Shown piece by piece: positions 8,804-18,741 of a stretch of DNA of 64,000 nt. The stretch is from contig DAOULP010000114.1 of assembly GCA_034420175.1 (NCBI GenBank), positions 4,014-68,013 on the forward strand. Reading direction: 5' to 3'. The stretch comes from Dehalococcoidia bacterium (lineage in GTDB: Bacteria; Chloroflexota; Dehalococcoidia; DSTF01; JALHUB01). A program made the translations under genes and the position numbers. The notes under the pieces were generated by a model. That model was not told where the DNA came from. It did not search any database and saw only the letters and a list, made by a program, of their open reading frames with translations. The first letter of the stretch is position 1; every line of letters begins with the position of its first letter.

Positions 8804-10066
8804 ATGCGTCCACACGGTATCCCTAGTGCCGGGGTTCTCCTGGGCGATGCCCGTAGGCTAAGAGAGTACTTTGGCTCGCTTCGGCCACAGCCACGGACCG
8901 TCATAACATCCCCGCCATACCTCGACCTACAGGACTACCGGGTAGCCGGCCAGATTGGCTTCGGCCAGTCTCAGGAAGAGTATCTGAACGACTTGCGCGA
9001 CGTGTTCCAAGCGTGTGCCGAGATCACGACCGAAGATGCCACGATGTGGTTGGTAGTTGGCGCTGTGCGAAGGAACGCTGAGCTGGTCCAGCTGCCAGCC
9101 TTGCTGGCTCAGTGCGCTCACGCCGCGGGCTGGATCCAGCGTGAGCAGGTTACTTGGGAGAAGGGCAAGTCTTTGCCGTGGACCAAGCACGGGGAGTTGC
9201 GCGACGTGACCGAGCAGGCACTGCTCTTGTCCAAGACCAAGTGCTTTCGCTTTGACCTCGACCAACTGCTGTCGTCCGAGCCAAGTTCCGTCTGGTGGCG
9301 CCGGTACCCTGAGCGCTACTCGCCGGCCGGCCGACGCCCCACCAATCTCTGGAGCATTCCCATCCCCACGCAGGGTTCCTGGCGGGACGGACCCAATCAC
9401 GCCTGCCCGTTCCCACAGGAATTGACGTACAGGATGCTCGCTCTCGTCACGGCGGCCGGAGACGCAGTACTGGATCCCTTCGCCGGCGTGGGCTCAGTTC
9501 CCGCCATGGCCAACGCGATGGGGCGCGCAGGATATGGCCTAGAGATCTGCGAACGTTACGTTGCAGCATACCCAGCCACCCTGCGGACTGCACAGCACTG
9601 GCTCAAGAAGCGCCATGCTGACAACAGACAGGACAGGGAGCGGCGGGCAGAGTTCTCGCGCGTGATCATCCAACTCCGCCTACTGAAGTATGCACGGCTC
9701 GTGGCGTCCCATCTCAGGAAGCGGGGGAACTCTGTGGTCTGGCTACGCGTTCGAAGACGCCCGACCACCCCCAGCGAACCCTTCAAGATAGTCGTGGCTG
9801 ACTTTGACATAGTCGTGGAGGACGGAGAGCCAGATCCCCAGATAGTCGACGCCGCGACGGCCGCAGCAACGAAGCGCCCCTTGTCGAAGTTCGGCATTCA
9901 GCCTCACTTCCGAATCTCGAGAGCTAGCGACGCCGTGCGTTCAGGCTATTGGTATCGAGGAGGGAAGTTCTGGCTTACCCCAACCAGGACGCCGCCGGGT
10001 GGCGATGGTCCACACGTCGTAGCGAGCTTCTGGCCCAATGCTGACGGCCTGGGAGAGCAGCATTAG
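8804..10066 (+). CDS. Beta-class DNA methyltransferase (N6-adenine or N4-cytosine), with a ~170-aa C-terminal extension of unknown function
   Basis: Motif IV TVITSPPYLDLQDY precedes motif I VLDPFAGVGSV...GRAGYGLEI. Motif IV before motif I is the beta-class order. Confidence 0.85.
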   Translation: MRPHGIPSAGVLLGDARRLREYFGSLRPQPRTVITSPPYLDLQDYRVAGQIGFGQSQEEYLNDLRDVFQACAEITTEDATMWLVVGAVRRNAELVQLPALLAQCAHAAGWIQREQVTWEKGKSLPWTKHGELRDVTEQALLLSKTKCFRFDLDQLLSSEPSSVWWRRYPERYSPAGRRPTNLWSIPIPTQGSWRDGPNHACPFPQELTYRMLALVTAAGDAVLDPFAGVGSVPAMANAMGRAGYGLEICERYVAAYPATLRTAQHWLKKRHADNRQDRERRAEFSRVIIQLRLLKYARLVASHLRKRGNSVVWLRVRRRPTTPSEPFKIVVADFDIVVEDGEPDPQIVDAATAAATKRPLSKFGIQPHFRISRASDAVRSGYWYRGGKFWLTPTRTPPGGDGPHVVASFWPNADGLGEQH

Positions 10067-11174
10067 GCCTGTCCCCTTGGCGCCGCTGAGCAGTTAGTGA
10101 CGTTGCCCCCGAGTGCTGACTACGTCCAATCTTCGGTGTCGACCCTTGGCGGGTTGCGACAGGGTCGCTGCCGTGTAGCGGGCCCTATCCCCTCTCTGTA
10201 GGGTGGTGCGCTGGGCACAGCAAGACAGGCTGACCCGACGTATCCCCTTCGTACCCACTAACCCCACGTGGTGTGGCATCGGAGTCCGGCGTGACTCTGC
10301 GGGTCAGCGCCGGACTCCAGACGGGCCATCGGTGTCCTGGTGCCGGCGCGTCTTCTGCGTATTCCTTGGGCCATCCCTGTGTGACGTGCCTGACAGAGCG
10401 GCCCGGACCCAAGAGGCTACCCTGTGGTCACTGATCGTGCGTGCGATACGGGCAGCATCGGTGGCGTGGCACCGTCCCCAACAAGCGCCGCAGGGACAGG
10501 GAGAATGGTCACCCAACAACTGGCGCAGATCATCATTCAGGAACGTAGGCCAGAGGTCGACGGACTCCACCTTGAGCAGCAGGCGCAGACGGACGGTCCG
10601 GTGACGGTGACAGGGCTGCGCTTCTTGACCAGCGCCACCGATCTGCCAGCACGCGCGATTCAGGAGCCGGGCACTACCATCCGTGTCTGGAACGTTCACA
10701 CCTTGAGTTGCCTGACGCAGCAGGGTCCCTCGCCAGTACGGGGTAGACCAGCCCGACACACGCCCTAACCGCGCCCTCGGTCTTGGAGTCCAAGCGGCTT
10801 GCCCGCTCAGGCGGCGGCGAGGAGGGACAGCCGCAGGCGGTGGATTGGACCCACGCGAAACTGATTGGGGATGTTGGAGAACTCCCCTTCGAAAGGGAGA
10901 ATCCTCCTTTCCTACGGCCGCGTCAATGTGGACTGAAGGCAGGGGACGACTTCGGCACCAGTCCCTGCCAGCAGCATACGCAGTACGCAATGGCGAGTCT
11001 GATTCTGACCAGCTGGGTCTGCCCGATGCCTGCAACAAAGTGCAGCTCTCCCGCGGTCTTGCAGCGCAGAGCACTTTGCTCTACTATAGGCAGCGTTCTC
11101 CTCAGGATACCAGCATCAGACTAGTGCCGGGTGGAAGTGCACAACCTGGCGCGTTGGCACGGAGGTCGGCAACG

Positions 11175-14100
11175 ATGCAGCCTTCTCCCAACCCCAAGGC
11201 AGCCTTCGTTGTGAAGCACCATGAGGCCCTCTGTGAGGTCGCGGAGCGCATCAAAGCAGCTCGACCCGATCTGATCGTCGCGCTGGCTCGGAAGGGTCCG
11301 CGCCTCGGGGAGTTAGCTGCCGAATTTGGGATACCGATCTTCCCCGGCGGCGTCCCGGTGGTCTGCGAAAGAGCTTTGCCGTTTCTTGATGCTGGTTCGC
11401 TGCGACGCGTTGTCGTCTTTGACGACGCCGTCATCTGGGGCGGCACCTTGAGAGATACCATCGCGAATCATGTTCTTGAGGGTGCCGACGTAACTCCAAT
11501 CGTGCTTGCGGCCTCTAGATCGAGAGATCCTTCCTTGGTTCCCGGACTGCAACACGTGCTTGATCTCTCTGAGCAGGAAGCGACGGCGTTTAGTACGGAG
11601 CTAGTCGAGGCCTTCCACCTCCTGGCCAAACCCTACAGCGTCGACCACCCCATACTTGAAGTACCACTGTCCCACATTTCAGCGCTGTCCGAAGACGACA
11701 TCTGTGAAGCAGCGAGGAACGATCTGGCTGCCCAGGTCTTCAGACTCACCCAGCCGTTTGAGCGACGCGATGGCCTCTGCAACGTCGTACTGAATCGGCC
11801 AGAACTGCCAGGGTGGCATCTGGTCTGTGGGCCGACATCCGAGCCCTTGCATCTGTTCAAGATAAGATTCTTTGGGAATCGAGGAAGAGATGTTCTTAGG
11901 GTCACCCCCATGCTCATCTTCCGAGCACGCCGGGATGACCTAGCCTCTGGCAAGTTCGTCGCAGCCAAGGCCTTTCCTTCCCTGGCGTCCATCTTTGCAG
12001 ATGCGAGGCAGTTGATTGCCCAAAGCAGCGGCTTTGACGACGAGGGGCTATGTGCTCTCTACAGGCTACAGATGTATCTCGCAGAGCTGTCGCTCGGACT
12101 GCTTTTCGTCCTCTGGCTATGTGATCGTCGTTCCGTGGAGATCCCCGCAGAGATTCAGTCCTGCCTTCCTGCTTGGGACGCCGAGCTTGTCCTGGGGGAG
12201 AAGCTGGCCACGCGAATCCGGGCCGAAAGGAGTTTGCTGGGGGAGGCGATCGCAGTGAGCCGCAGGCCCCATCAGCCTCAGCTGTCTTCGGAGAGTAGCC
12301 ATACGGAGCGCCACAAAGACCGCGACACCGTGTCCGAACTCGAGAGAGATTTCCCGCGCATCGGGGAACGACTGCGGGCGGGGATGTCGCGAGCCCTCTC
12401 GCTCGAGGCCAATGTGTCCGCGCTGTTGAACGCGTTGCGGGAGTGCGACACAGGGACGAGACACCTAGGTTCCTACATACCGAACCGGCTTCATTTCGGC
12501 CTTGCGTTTGGGGAAATCAAGGACATCTTGACGAGATTCGGCATCTCCTTTGAGGATCATCACCTTTCCGGAGTTATCGACTATTTGGTTGACTTCGGAG
12601 TCGGCGTGCCTCTCGTGCAGTCGCGCCCGGACGGAGTCATCGATCGGATAAGTAGGTTCGGCGAGGCTGGGCACGCCATAAGCAAACTGCGCTACGCAGT
12701 CTACACAGCTGTCAATGAATTGCTTAGCCGGCAGCGAGACCTGTCTTCCTCGCATGTTGACGCTCTCCAGCTCACCGTGGTCGACAAAGCGCTGGGCTTC
12801 ATGGCCTTGGTGGGTCAGGCCTCAGGTCAACTTCCGGTCAACGAGCTGGCAGTGAAGCTTGCCTATCATCGATATGGAATAGACTTGCAGGTCGAGGACG
12901 TGTTGAGCGAGGGCCGGCTCCTGCAATGGGCAATCAGCGAGCAGATCGTCAGCATGGATGGTCCTCGCATTCGCCCAAGTCCGACTTTCGAGCTTCGGTT
13001 CCCACCGGATGAGTCCCCCCTGAATCCGGCCATGGTTGCGCTCATTGCAGGCTCGATGCACTGGTTCGCCGATGCCTCGATTGAGACAAGGGACAGCAGC
13101 AACCGATACCGTACCGCGCTCTCCGTGACCACATGCAATACCGCCAAGAGCACAATAGCAGCTATCAAGGCGACGCTGCGACTGTGGTTTGGTGATGTGT
13201 CTCGCCAGAATGCGCAGGGTTGTCTTGACGCCCTGTATGAGGTTACGCGCCTTCTGAGTGAGAATGCCGACACCGGTCGTTTGCGAAGCGCCTCGGCGGA
13301 CCTTGACCAGCGGTGTCGGAGAGGGCCTGCCGATCTGATGAGCCAATCTCGGCTCAAGCTTGAGGTCTTCCGAGACCTCGATCAGACGCGAAGTCGGTTG
13401 CGCGACATCTATGCTCAAGGGCGAAAGCCCGGTCTTGACACCTTCTATCGCGTGTATGTCGAGCCGCTGCTTGATCCCGCGACCACGGCAGGCCAGGAAA
13501 CCGAGCTTGAGGTCTTGGAGCGGTTGGGGAAGCTCTGCCAGTCGTGGACGACCGTTCTTCGAGAGTGCTCGGACCGAGTGGACGCGGTGCTGGCGGATCG
13601 AGGGGCCTCAGGCGCGAAACTCCGGGGGGCAATCGCTGATACCAATAGGGCCGCGGACGAGTTAGGGGGCAAGTCCCGCGTGTTTCGGACCGTCACCCGA
13701 ATCCCCCCCGTCGACTTGGAGATTCAGGACCGAACTCAGTTGAGGTCAACTCTGGAGCCGGTTCAGAGCGCGCTTGCGCAACTGCTGCAGGAACTCGAGT
13801 CCCTAGTCCGCACAACGGTATTCGCGGACATAGAGGCGACCGTGGAGCCGCTTCCTGAAGACTCGTATGTAGTGACCTACGATCTGATTGCCTCGACGGC
13901 CACCGGTGATACCTATGAGGTAGCGCAGCAACGATCTCATCTGAACTCCCACATCGTTCCGTTCGTCAGAGACCACCTGCGCGAAGTGGACTGTGTGCCC
14001 ACAGGCAATGACGAGAACACCTTTGTGGTGGGAACGGCTCTGAATGCGATGCGACTGGTGGATCAACTGTGCAGCAGCTTGGAGGCGATGGGCGGCTGTG

Positions 14101-14405
14101 CGAGGGTCGGCGTTACCTCAACTGCGACCCGGCAACGGTTATTCCAAGATCGCGTATACAAGACCCTTAGCGGTCAGGCGTTTGTTGTTGCAGCGAGAAT
14201 ACGGGACCTCTACCGAGATGAACAATGGCTGAGAGACGGTAGGTCCCATGTATTCCTAGACGAAATCATGCTTCGGGATCTGAGGGGTGCCCTGGAGTGC
14301 CAAGGCTACCTGGCCTCACTGCAGATCCGGGACGACGAGCCGCGTCAACTGAGAGGAGAGGGGCTTCCCGAGGTCCGCGTATGGGAGTACGTCAGGCAGG
14401 CATGA
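11175..14405 (+). CDS. Large multidomain protein (~1077 aa): N-terminal PRTase-like region plus C-terminal nucleotidyl-cyclase-like region
   Basis: ATG at 11175 has a GGAGG RBS 8 nt upstream. The ORF-track start at 10845 gives low-complexity translation. N-terminus PDLIVALARKGPRLGELAAEFGIP...LRRVVVFDDAVIWGGTLRD matches the type-I PRTase hood and PRPP-loop pattern VxxVDDvxxtGGT. C-terminal ~170 aa YVVTYDLIASTATGD...PTGNDENTFVVG...GVTSTATRQRL...GQAFVVAARIRD follows the motif spacing of class III nucleotidyl cyclases, also seen in GGDEF and palm folds. Both assignments are by eye. Confidence 0.75.
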   Translation: MQPSPNPKAAFVVKHHEALCEVAERIKAARPDLIVALARKGPRLGELAAEFGIPIFPGGVPVVCERALPFLDAGSLRRVVVFDDAVIWGGTLRDTIANHVLEGADVTPIVLAASRSRDPSLVPGLQHVLDLSEQEATAFSTELVEAFHLLAKPYSVDHPILEVPLSHISALSEDDICEAARNDLAAQVFRLTQPFERRDGLCNVVLNRPELPGWHLVCGPTSEPLHLFKIRFFGNRGRDVLRVTPMLIFRARRDDLASGKFVAAKAFPSLASIFADARQLIAQSSGFDDEGLCALYRLQMYLAELSLGLLFVLWLCDRRSVEIPAEIQSCLPAWDAELVLGEKLATRIRAERSLLGEAIAVSRRPHQPQLSSESSHTERHKDRDTVSELERDFPRIGERLRAGMSRALSLEANVSALLNALRECDTGTRHLGSYIPNRLHFGLAFGEIKDILTRFGISFEDHHLSGVIDYLVDFGVGVPLVQSRPDGVIDRISRFGEAGHAISKLRYAVYTAVNELLSRQRDLSSSHVDALQLTVVDKALGFMALVGQASGQLPVNELAVKLAYHRYGIDLQVEDVLSEGRLLQWAISEQIVSMDGPRIRPSPTFELRFPPDESPLNPAMVALIAGSMHWFADASIETRDSSNRYRTALSVTTCNTAKSTIAAIKATLRLWFGDVSRQNAQGCLDALYEVTRLLSENADTGRLRSASADLDQRCRRGPADLMSQSRLKLEVFRDLDQTRSRLRDIYAQGRKPGLDTFYRVYVEPLLDPATTAGQETELEVLERLGKLCQSWTTVLRECSDRVDAVLADRGASGAKLRGAIADTNRAADELGGKSRVFRTVTRIPPVDLEIQDRTQLRSTLEPVQSALAQLLQELESLVRTTVFADIEATVEPLPEDSYVVTYDLIASTATGDTYEVAQQRSHLNSHIVPFVRDHLREVDCVPTGNDENTFVVGTALNAMRLVDQLCSSLEAMGGCARVGVTSTATRQRLFQDRVYKTLSGQAFVVAARIRDLYRDEQWLRDGRSHVFLDEIMLRDLRGALECQGYLASLQIRDDEPRQLRGEGLPEVRVWEYVRQA

Positions 14406-15160
14406 GGCTGGCCTTGGTCCGCAGGCGGTACCGCGATCCACGGTATACGGGTGTCGTTATGCGCGCAGCCGCGGTTGCAGAAAGGGACGTGGTCTTGTCC
14501 GACTGTGCCGTCTGTCTTCGGCGAGGGCTGTGACCGCGGTGGCCTTCTCAGTGGAAGCCGAATGCGCGGAGGGTACGCGGAGCGTCTCTTGACGAGACCA
14601 GCCGGACGGCTCGAGTCGTGGAGAAGAGCTTGAGAGATGGCTGCTGGAGCCGCCGTCGCAGTCGGAGCCAATCTCGTCAGAGCCTGCTCTGCGTGCTTCA
14701 CCCTGGACGCTGCAGCCGTGAGCCAAAACCGAACGCCCCTCTTGCGTTGACGTCTACATCGAGTTCGCTTCCAGTCGTTCGAGTTGCTCGACACGGCAAA
14801 CACACCCTGCGCCCACACCCTCCGTTAGCGGGGACGGTGCTGGCCTGCGGGTCTGGCGGTTCGGTCCAAGGCTACCTCCACTAGGTCTTGGGCTCGAAGT
14901 CGGCGACTGCGGCGTCCCGGCTCGAAGGTGTCCACTGGTTGCCGACCCTGCAGTCAACGCCAGCGCTTTCTTCCACTCGATGGCTGACAGGCCGGGTCGT
15001 CGTCGCTGTGGTCAAGCACCGCGTTCGCTCCTGGGCCGGGCGCCACCATGTTCTCTTAGTGTGCGTTCCACGGCCGCCTGTGAGCCAGAGGCCTCCGCTG
15101 GCCTGAGCGGCTGTCTCGAAGACGCCTGAGGCGTGTCCCCCCGCGCTGGCGCAACTGGGG

Positions 15161-16018
15161 CTAGGGTAGGCTCTCACACGCCTCCGTGTCGCCGTCCCCG
15201 TCCAGTCCGTGCGGGTCCTCGGGATAGAACCGCTCGAAGAACTCTTGCGCCTCCGCCTGCGTCGCGAAGTCTTCGCAGTTGCAGTTGGTTGCCGCACATG
15301 GCGGGAGCCATGGGGTTGGCGTTGGAGTTGGAGACGGAGTCGGCGTTAGTGAGGTCGGCGTTGGCGACAAGGGCGGAGGCGGCGAGGGTGACGGAGGTGG
15401 TGGTTCGGTTCCACAAGGAGCGGTTGGGAGCCTGGTTGCGGATTCCGCTTCGCACCGCAAGTTCGTGAGGTACTCCACTTGGACCCTGACTTGCAGCGGG
15501 TTCGCGCTGCCGTGAGAGAAGGCGCCACGTAGTTCGTATTCTGGAGGATCTTCATCCCAGCAGCTGCCTTCCCTGATCAAGCAGGCCTGACGTTTCACCA
15601 TGGACGGAGCGAAGCTCTCCGGAGGCACCGACACCACCACTCGCGCCGACTCACCTTCCCCTATGACGATCGGCTCCGCCGGGAGCGTCACCGGGACTCC
15701 GTTTGCCGCTCCCTCTACAAGCTCCAGCGACTCAAGCATGGTGGAGCCGTCGCCATCGTTGACCAGGAAGGCCTCCAACTCAGCGGCATTGTCGACGAAG
15801 TAGTAGGCAACGACCTCTTCGTGAGGCGGATCGCCCAGGTCTGTCAGCACCATCTCGTCGACGGATCGCGAGAAGGTCACCCCTGCCCCGGTGATAGTAG
15901 GCGCAGGTCCCTGGAAGAAGGCCTGGTTGACCCACATCGCGTAGGCCGGTATGGCACCGATCAATGCTCCGAGTAGACCGCCGGCCGCCAGACCCAGCAG
16001 GCGTCGAAAGCGTTGCAT
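15161..16018 (-). CDS. Secreted protein with a C-terminal Excalibur Ca-binding domain
   Basis: Signal peptide [27 protein letters not shown], then a PT/SP linker ([28 protein letters not shown]), then [45 protein letters not shown] (Excalibur D-x-D-x-DG-x-x-CE). AAGGGGGTG RBS. Confidence 0.75.
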   Translation of the reverse strand: MQRFRRLLGLAAGGLLGALIGAIPAYAMWVNQAFFQGPAPTITGAGVTFSRSVDEMVLTDLGDPPHEEVVAYYFVDNAAELEAFLVNDGDGSTMLESLELVEGAANGVPVTLPAEPIVIGEGESARVVVSVPPESFAPSMVKRQACLIREGSCWDEDPPEYELRGAFSHGSANPLQVRVQVEYLTNLRCEAESATRLPTAPCGTEPPPPSPSPPPPLSPTPTSLTPTPSPTPTPTPWLPPCAATNCNCEDFATQAEAQEFFERFYPEDPHGLDGDGDTEACESLP

Positions 16019-16328
16019 CGCACACCCCCTTAGAGAGAAGCCAAGGAGTGGAACTCAACCCCTTGCTCCCGGTGCCCCTTACACCCACCAACTCACAGCG
16101 TGCCGGACTCTGGGCGGCAGGCCGGGCATTCGCCGCAACGACAGCGTCTGCGTCTTTGGAGTCCCTGTGGCTTCTCACCCCCAGCTTGAGGCACACATCC
16201 CTACCTACACAAGCTCTCACAGGGCACTCCGTTCCCGTCCCCATCCAGGCGGTTCGGGTCGCTTGTGTAGGCTCCGAGGCGGGTCTGGGCCTCTGGCTGC
16301 GTGCTGGGGGGCTGATGCAAGTAGAGAT

Positions 16329-17930
16329 CTAGCCACTTATTCTCGCTTTCAGGACCCCAGACCGGTCCTGTGCGAATATAGCGATAGTGTCTGAGGAGAT
16401 TCGCTGTAGGGTTGGCTCAGACTCAGTCGGCTCAGGTTTACCAGAAGGTGGCTCTTTCGCTTGAACATTGGATAGGGCTGCAAGGAGCCTATCGTCGAGG
16501 GTCTGCTCTGCGACGTCTCTGTCTCTTGTCGTGCGCACCCATACCTCCACCGGGTGATCATTCCTATCCCGTGCCTCGACGCCAAAAAGCACATCATTTC
16601 CGCTCATTTCGATGGTGTCCGGCAGGAGCGTCACGTTCTGGAGTTGGGGCAGGACATCTCTGAGTGCGTCGTCGAAGGGGGGCAATTCGCCCCGATCTGC
16701 CGCCCGGGCCGCTAGTGTGGCCAAGAGAAAGAGATCGGCTTTGCTCCTGAACCACAACTCCCCGACTACGGGAGGCGGCTTGAGGCGATCATCCAACAGT
16801 TTCCCGAGCCACCCTGGCGGGTCAACCGAGAGTGCGTCTGCCTTGCGGTCGTAGGCTTCTGACGAGAGATCGCCGTTCTTGCTGTCTTGGTCGTAAGAGC
16901 TAGGCCGAATCACTGCGAAGGATACACCTGCATCGCTCAAGCGATCCTTCACTCGGTCTGTGTGCCCGACGCCCGTCTGCATGGCCGCCGGCGGGCCAGG
17001 AGACTGCCCGACTAGCGCCAAGGTGTTCTTGCTCATCGTGTCGGATCGAACAGAGCAGGCTTCGTAGAACCTCCTGAGCTTCTCAAGGTCTTCCTGGTGC
17101 TCGGGCTTGATTTCTGCCCCTACTTCGGCTGCTTTCGCCTTGATCTCATCAGTGCGCTCAAGTAACTCTTCGCACGAGGCGTCTAGGCTGGCATCCTTCA
17201 GCCGTTCGGACATCCTCTTAGTGAACTCATCTGTCCCAAGGATGAACTCGAGGGCTTCGTCCTCTTTGCCCTGCTCCGCGAAGTCGTTTGCCTTCAGAAT
17301 CTCCGCCTGCGTCAGACCCGCCACAGCGATCTGGTACAGATAGAAGATACTAGGATCGCCTGCATCCCCCGGCCTGATCGGGTATTCGGCCGCGTCGTCT
17401 ATGCCGGCTACGTTGACGTCGGCATAGACCAATGCCATCATTTCCGCAGCGCTAATCTCGCCGTCTTCCAAGAGTTGTACGATGGCGTCCTCGCGCGGCC
17501 CGATCGGCTGTCCCGCAGTGAACGACGGCCTATACCATCGCGTATCCAGGCTGCCGCCCTCTGAAAGAGCGCCTTCTAGTCCGATGTCTCGCAGATCATA
17601 ATCTGCGTACAAACGATTCAGCATGAGCGCTATTTCAACCTGGATGGCCGGCGAATTATGCTTTTCCTCGAGCACGAAGATGGTTCGGTTCGACGCCCCC
17701 TGTGCGACGTGCATCACTTTGCCGATATCGCCAGCAATGTCTTGAGCCATTGCCTCAAGATCGCCAGGGGTGGCTGTCGGCGCTAGTGTCGAGGCGGGTG
17801 TCAGCGTCGGTGTCGGTGCCTTCGCCTCCTCCGAGCCGCAGGCACTCATGACGAGAAGAACAAGGAGGCCCAGGGCCGCGAGCCCTATGGCCCACACTCT
17901 CTGATGTGGCGCGGAGCTGCCCGTCTTCAT
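16329..17930 (-). CDS. Lipoprotein (533 aa), unknown function; translationally coupled downstream of the TIR-HEAT gene
   Basis: MKTGSSAPHQRVWAIGLAALGLLVLLVMSACGSEE gives a lipobox, followed by a PT-rich linker. Its ATG overlaps the TIR gene stop (AGATGAAG). No catalytic motif recognised. Confidence 0.7.
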   Translation of the reverse strand: MKTGSSAPHQRVWAIGLAALGLLVLLVMSACGSEEAKAPTPTLTPASTLAPTATPGDLEAMAQDIAGDIGKVMHVAQGASNRTIFVLEEKHNSPAIQVEIALMLNRLYADYDLRDIGLEGALSEGGSLDTRWYRPSFTAGQPIGPREDAIVQLLEDGEISAAEMMALVYADVNVAGIDDAAEYPIRPGDAGDPSIFYLYQIAVAGLTQAEILKANDFAEQGKEDEALEFILGTDEFTKRMSERLKDASLDASCEELLERTDEIKAKAAEVGAEIKPEHQEDLEKLRRFYEACSVRSDTMSKNTLALVGQSPGPPAAMQTGVGHTDRVKDRLSDAGVSFAVIRPSSYDQDSKNGDLSSEAYDRKADALSVDPPGWLGKLLDDRLKPPPVVGELWFRSKADLFLLATLAARAADRGELPPFDDALRDVLPQLQNVTLLPDTIEMSGNDVLFGVEARDRNDHPVEVWVRTTRDRDVAEQTLDDRLLAALSNVQAKEPPSGKPEPTESEPTLQRISSDTIAIFAQDRSGVLKARISG

Positions 17931-18655
17931 CTAGAGGCTCCTTTCCTTTGCAGCCCTGTCACGGGAGGACATCGCTCATTCAGGGCGTCCTCGATCCCCA
18001 ACCTTGCATATCGATCGGTTTCCTTGTCCCAAGCTGCTCGTAGAGCGGCGCACGCCTCTTCGGTGCCGATCTGCCCTAACGCGTACGCCAACCAGTATCG
18101 AACTGTCGGATGGGTGTCGCTGTCCACATGGAGCCGGCGGGCGAGGATCGGGACCACAAAAGGATTCCGCAGCTTGGCTAGGTGTTGTGCCGCCTTAGCA
18201 CGAGAGTCAGGGTCACCATGAATCAACAGGGCCACGAGAGTTTGAACTTGGCCGGCTGCCCAGATGCCAGACAGCAGTTCTCCAACGCGCTCATCGAAGC
18301 GAGCTAGATCGCGGAAGTCGACGTAACGCAGAACCTTGAGGTCTGGTGGAACTCTGCACTTCTTGAAGAAGATGGGGATGATCTGGAGGCCCTTGCTGTT
18401 CCGGCACTTGAACGCCTCATCGAGCTCAATGGCGCATGCCTCCGACCTCAATGAGCCTGGAGACAGGATGAACAGGAAGGCGTCGCATTCGTCCTTCACT
18501 CCAGTCTGCATTCGGTGCCTCACATGGTGCCCGGTTAGGATTTGGTCCTCGTCAAGCCAAACACCGACGCCGTTGGCCCGTAGCGCCTCTGCTAGACAGA
18601 TGGCGAAGCCGTGCCCGCCGGCAGACCAGGAATGGCTAATGAAGCACCTACACAT
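17927..18655 (-). CDS. TIR-domain protein with C-terminal HEAT/PBS-lyase-like repeats (cytoplasmic)
   Basis: N-terminus CFISHSWSAGGHGFAICLAEAL...VWLDEDQILTGH...AFLFILSPGSLRSEACAIELDEAF is a TIR-like Rossmann pattern. C-terminus HLAKLRNPFVVPILARRLHVDSDTHPTVRYWLAYALGQIGTEEACAAL is a HEAT-like repeat. No signal peptide. Confidence 0.8.
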   Translation of the reverse strand: MCRCFISHSWSAGGHGFAICLAEALRANGVGVWLDEDQILTGHHVRHRMQTGVKDECDAFLFILSPGSLRSEACAIELDEAFKCRNSKGLQIIPIFFKKCRVPPDLKVLRYVDFRDLARFDERVGELLSGIWAAGQVQTLVALLIHGDPDSRAKAAQHLAKLRNPFVVPILARRLHVDSDTHPTVRYWLAYALGQIGTEEACAALRAAWDKETDRYARLGIEDALNERCPPVTGLQRKGASR

Positions 18656-18741
18656 GCTGAGTCCCGGTGTCGAGTCGCCACGTGACTGTCAGCAACCTCG
18701 TTACTCACAGGCTACGAGCACCGTATGAACAGGTCAACTCG

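Noticed and set aside
10845-11174. Upstream 110-codon extension of the giant ORF (ORF-track start 10845)
   Set aside because: The translation is low-complexity. An ATG at 11175 with a GGAGG RBS immediately precedes the PRTase-like domain.
12822-13418. 198-aa and 163-aa minus-strand ORFs inside the giant gene
   Set aside because: They are antisense to a continuous 1077-codon ORF with recognisable domains at both ends.
11175-14405. Retron effector hypothesis for the PRTase-containing giant protein
   Set aside because: No reverse transcriptase (YxDD) ORF and no obvious msr/msd inverted repeats are nearby. PRTase is kept only as a domain call.
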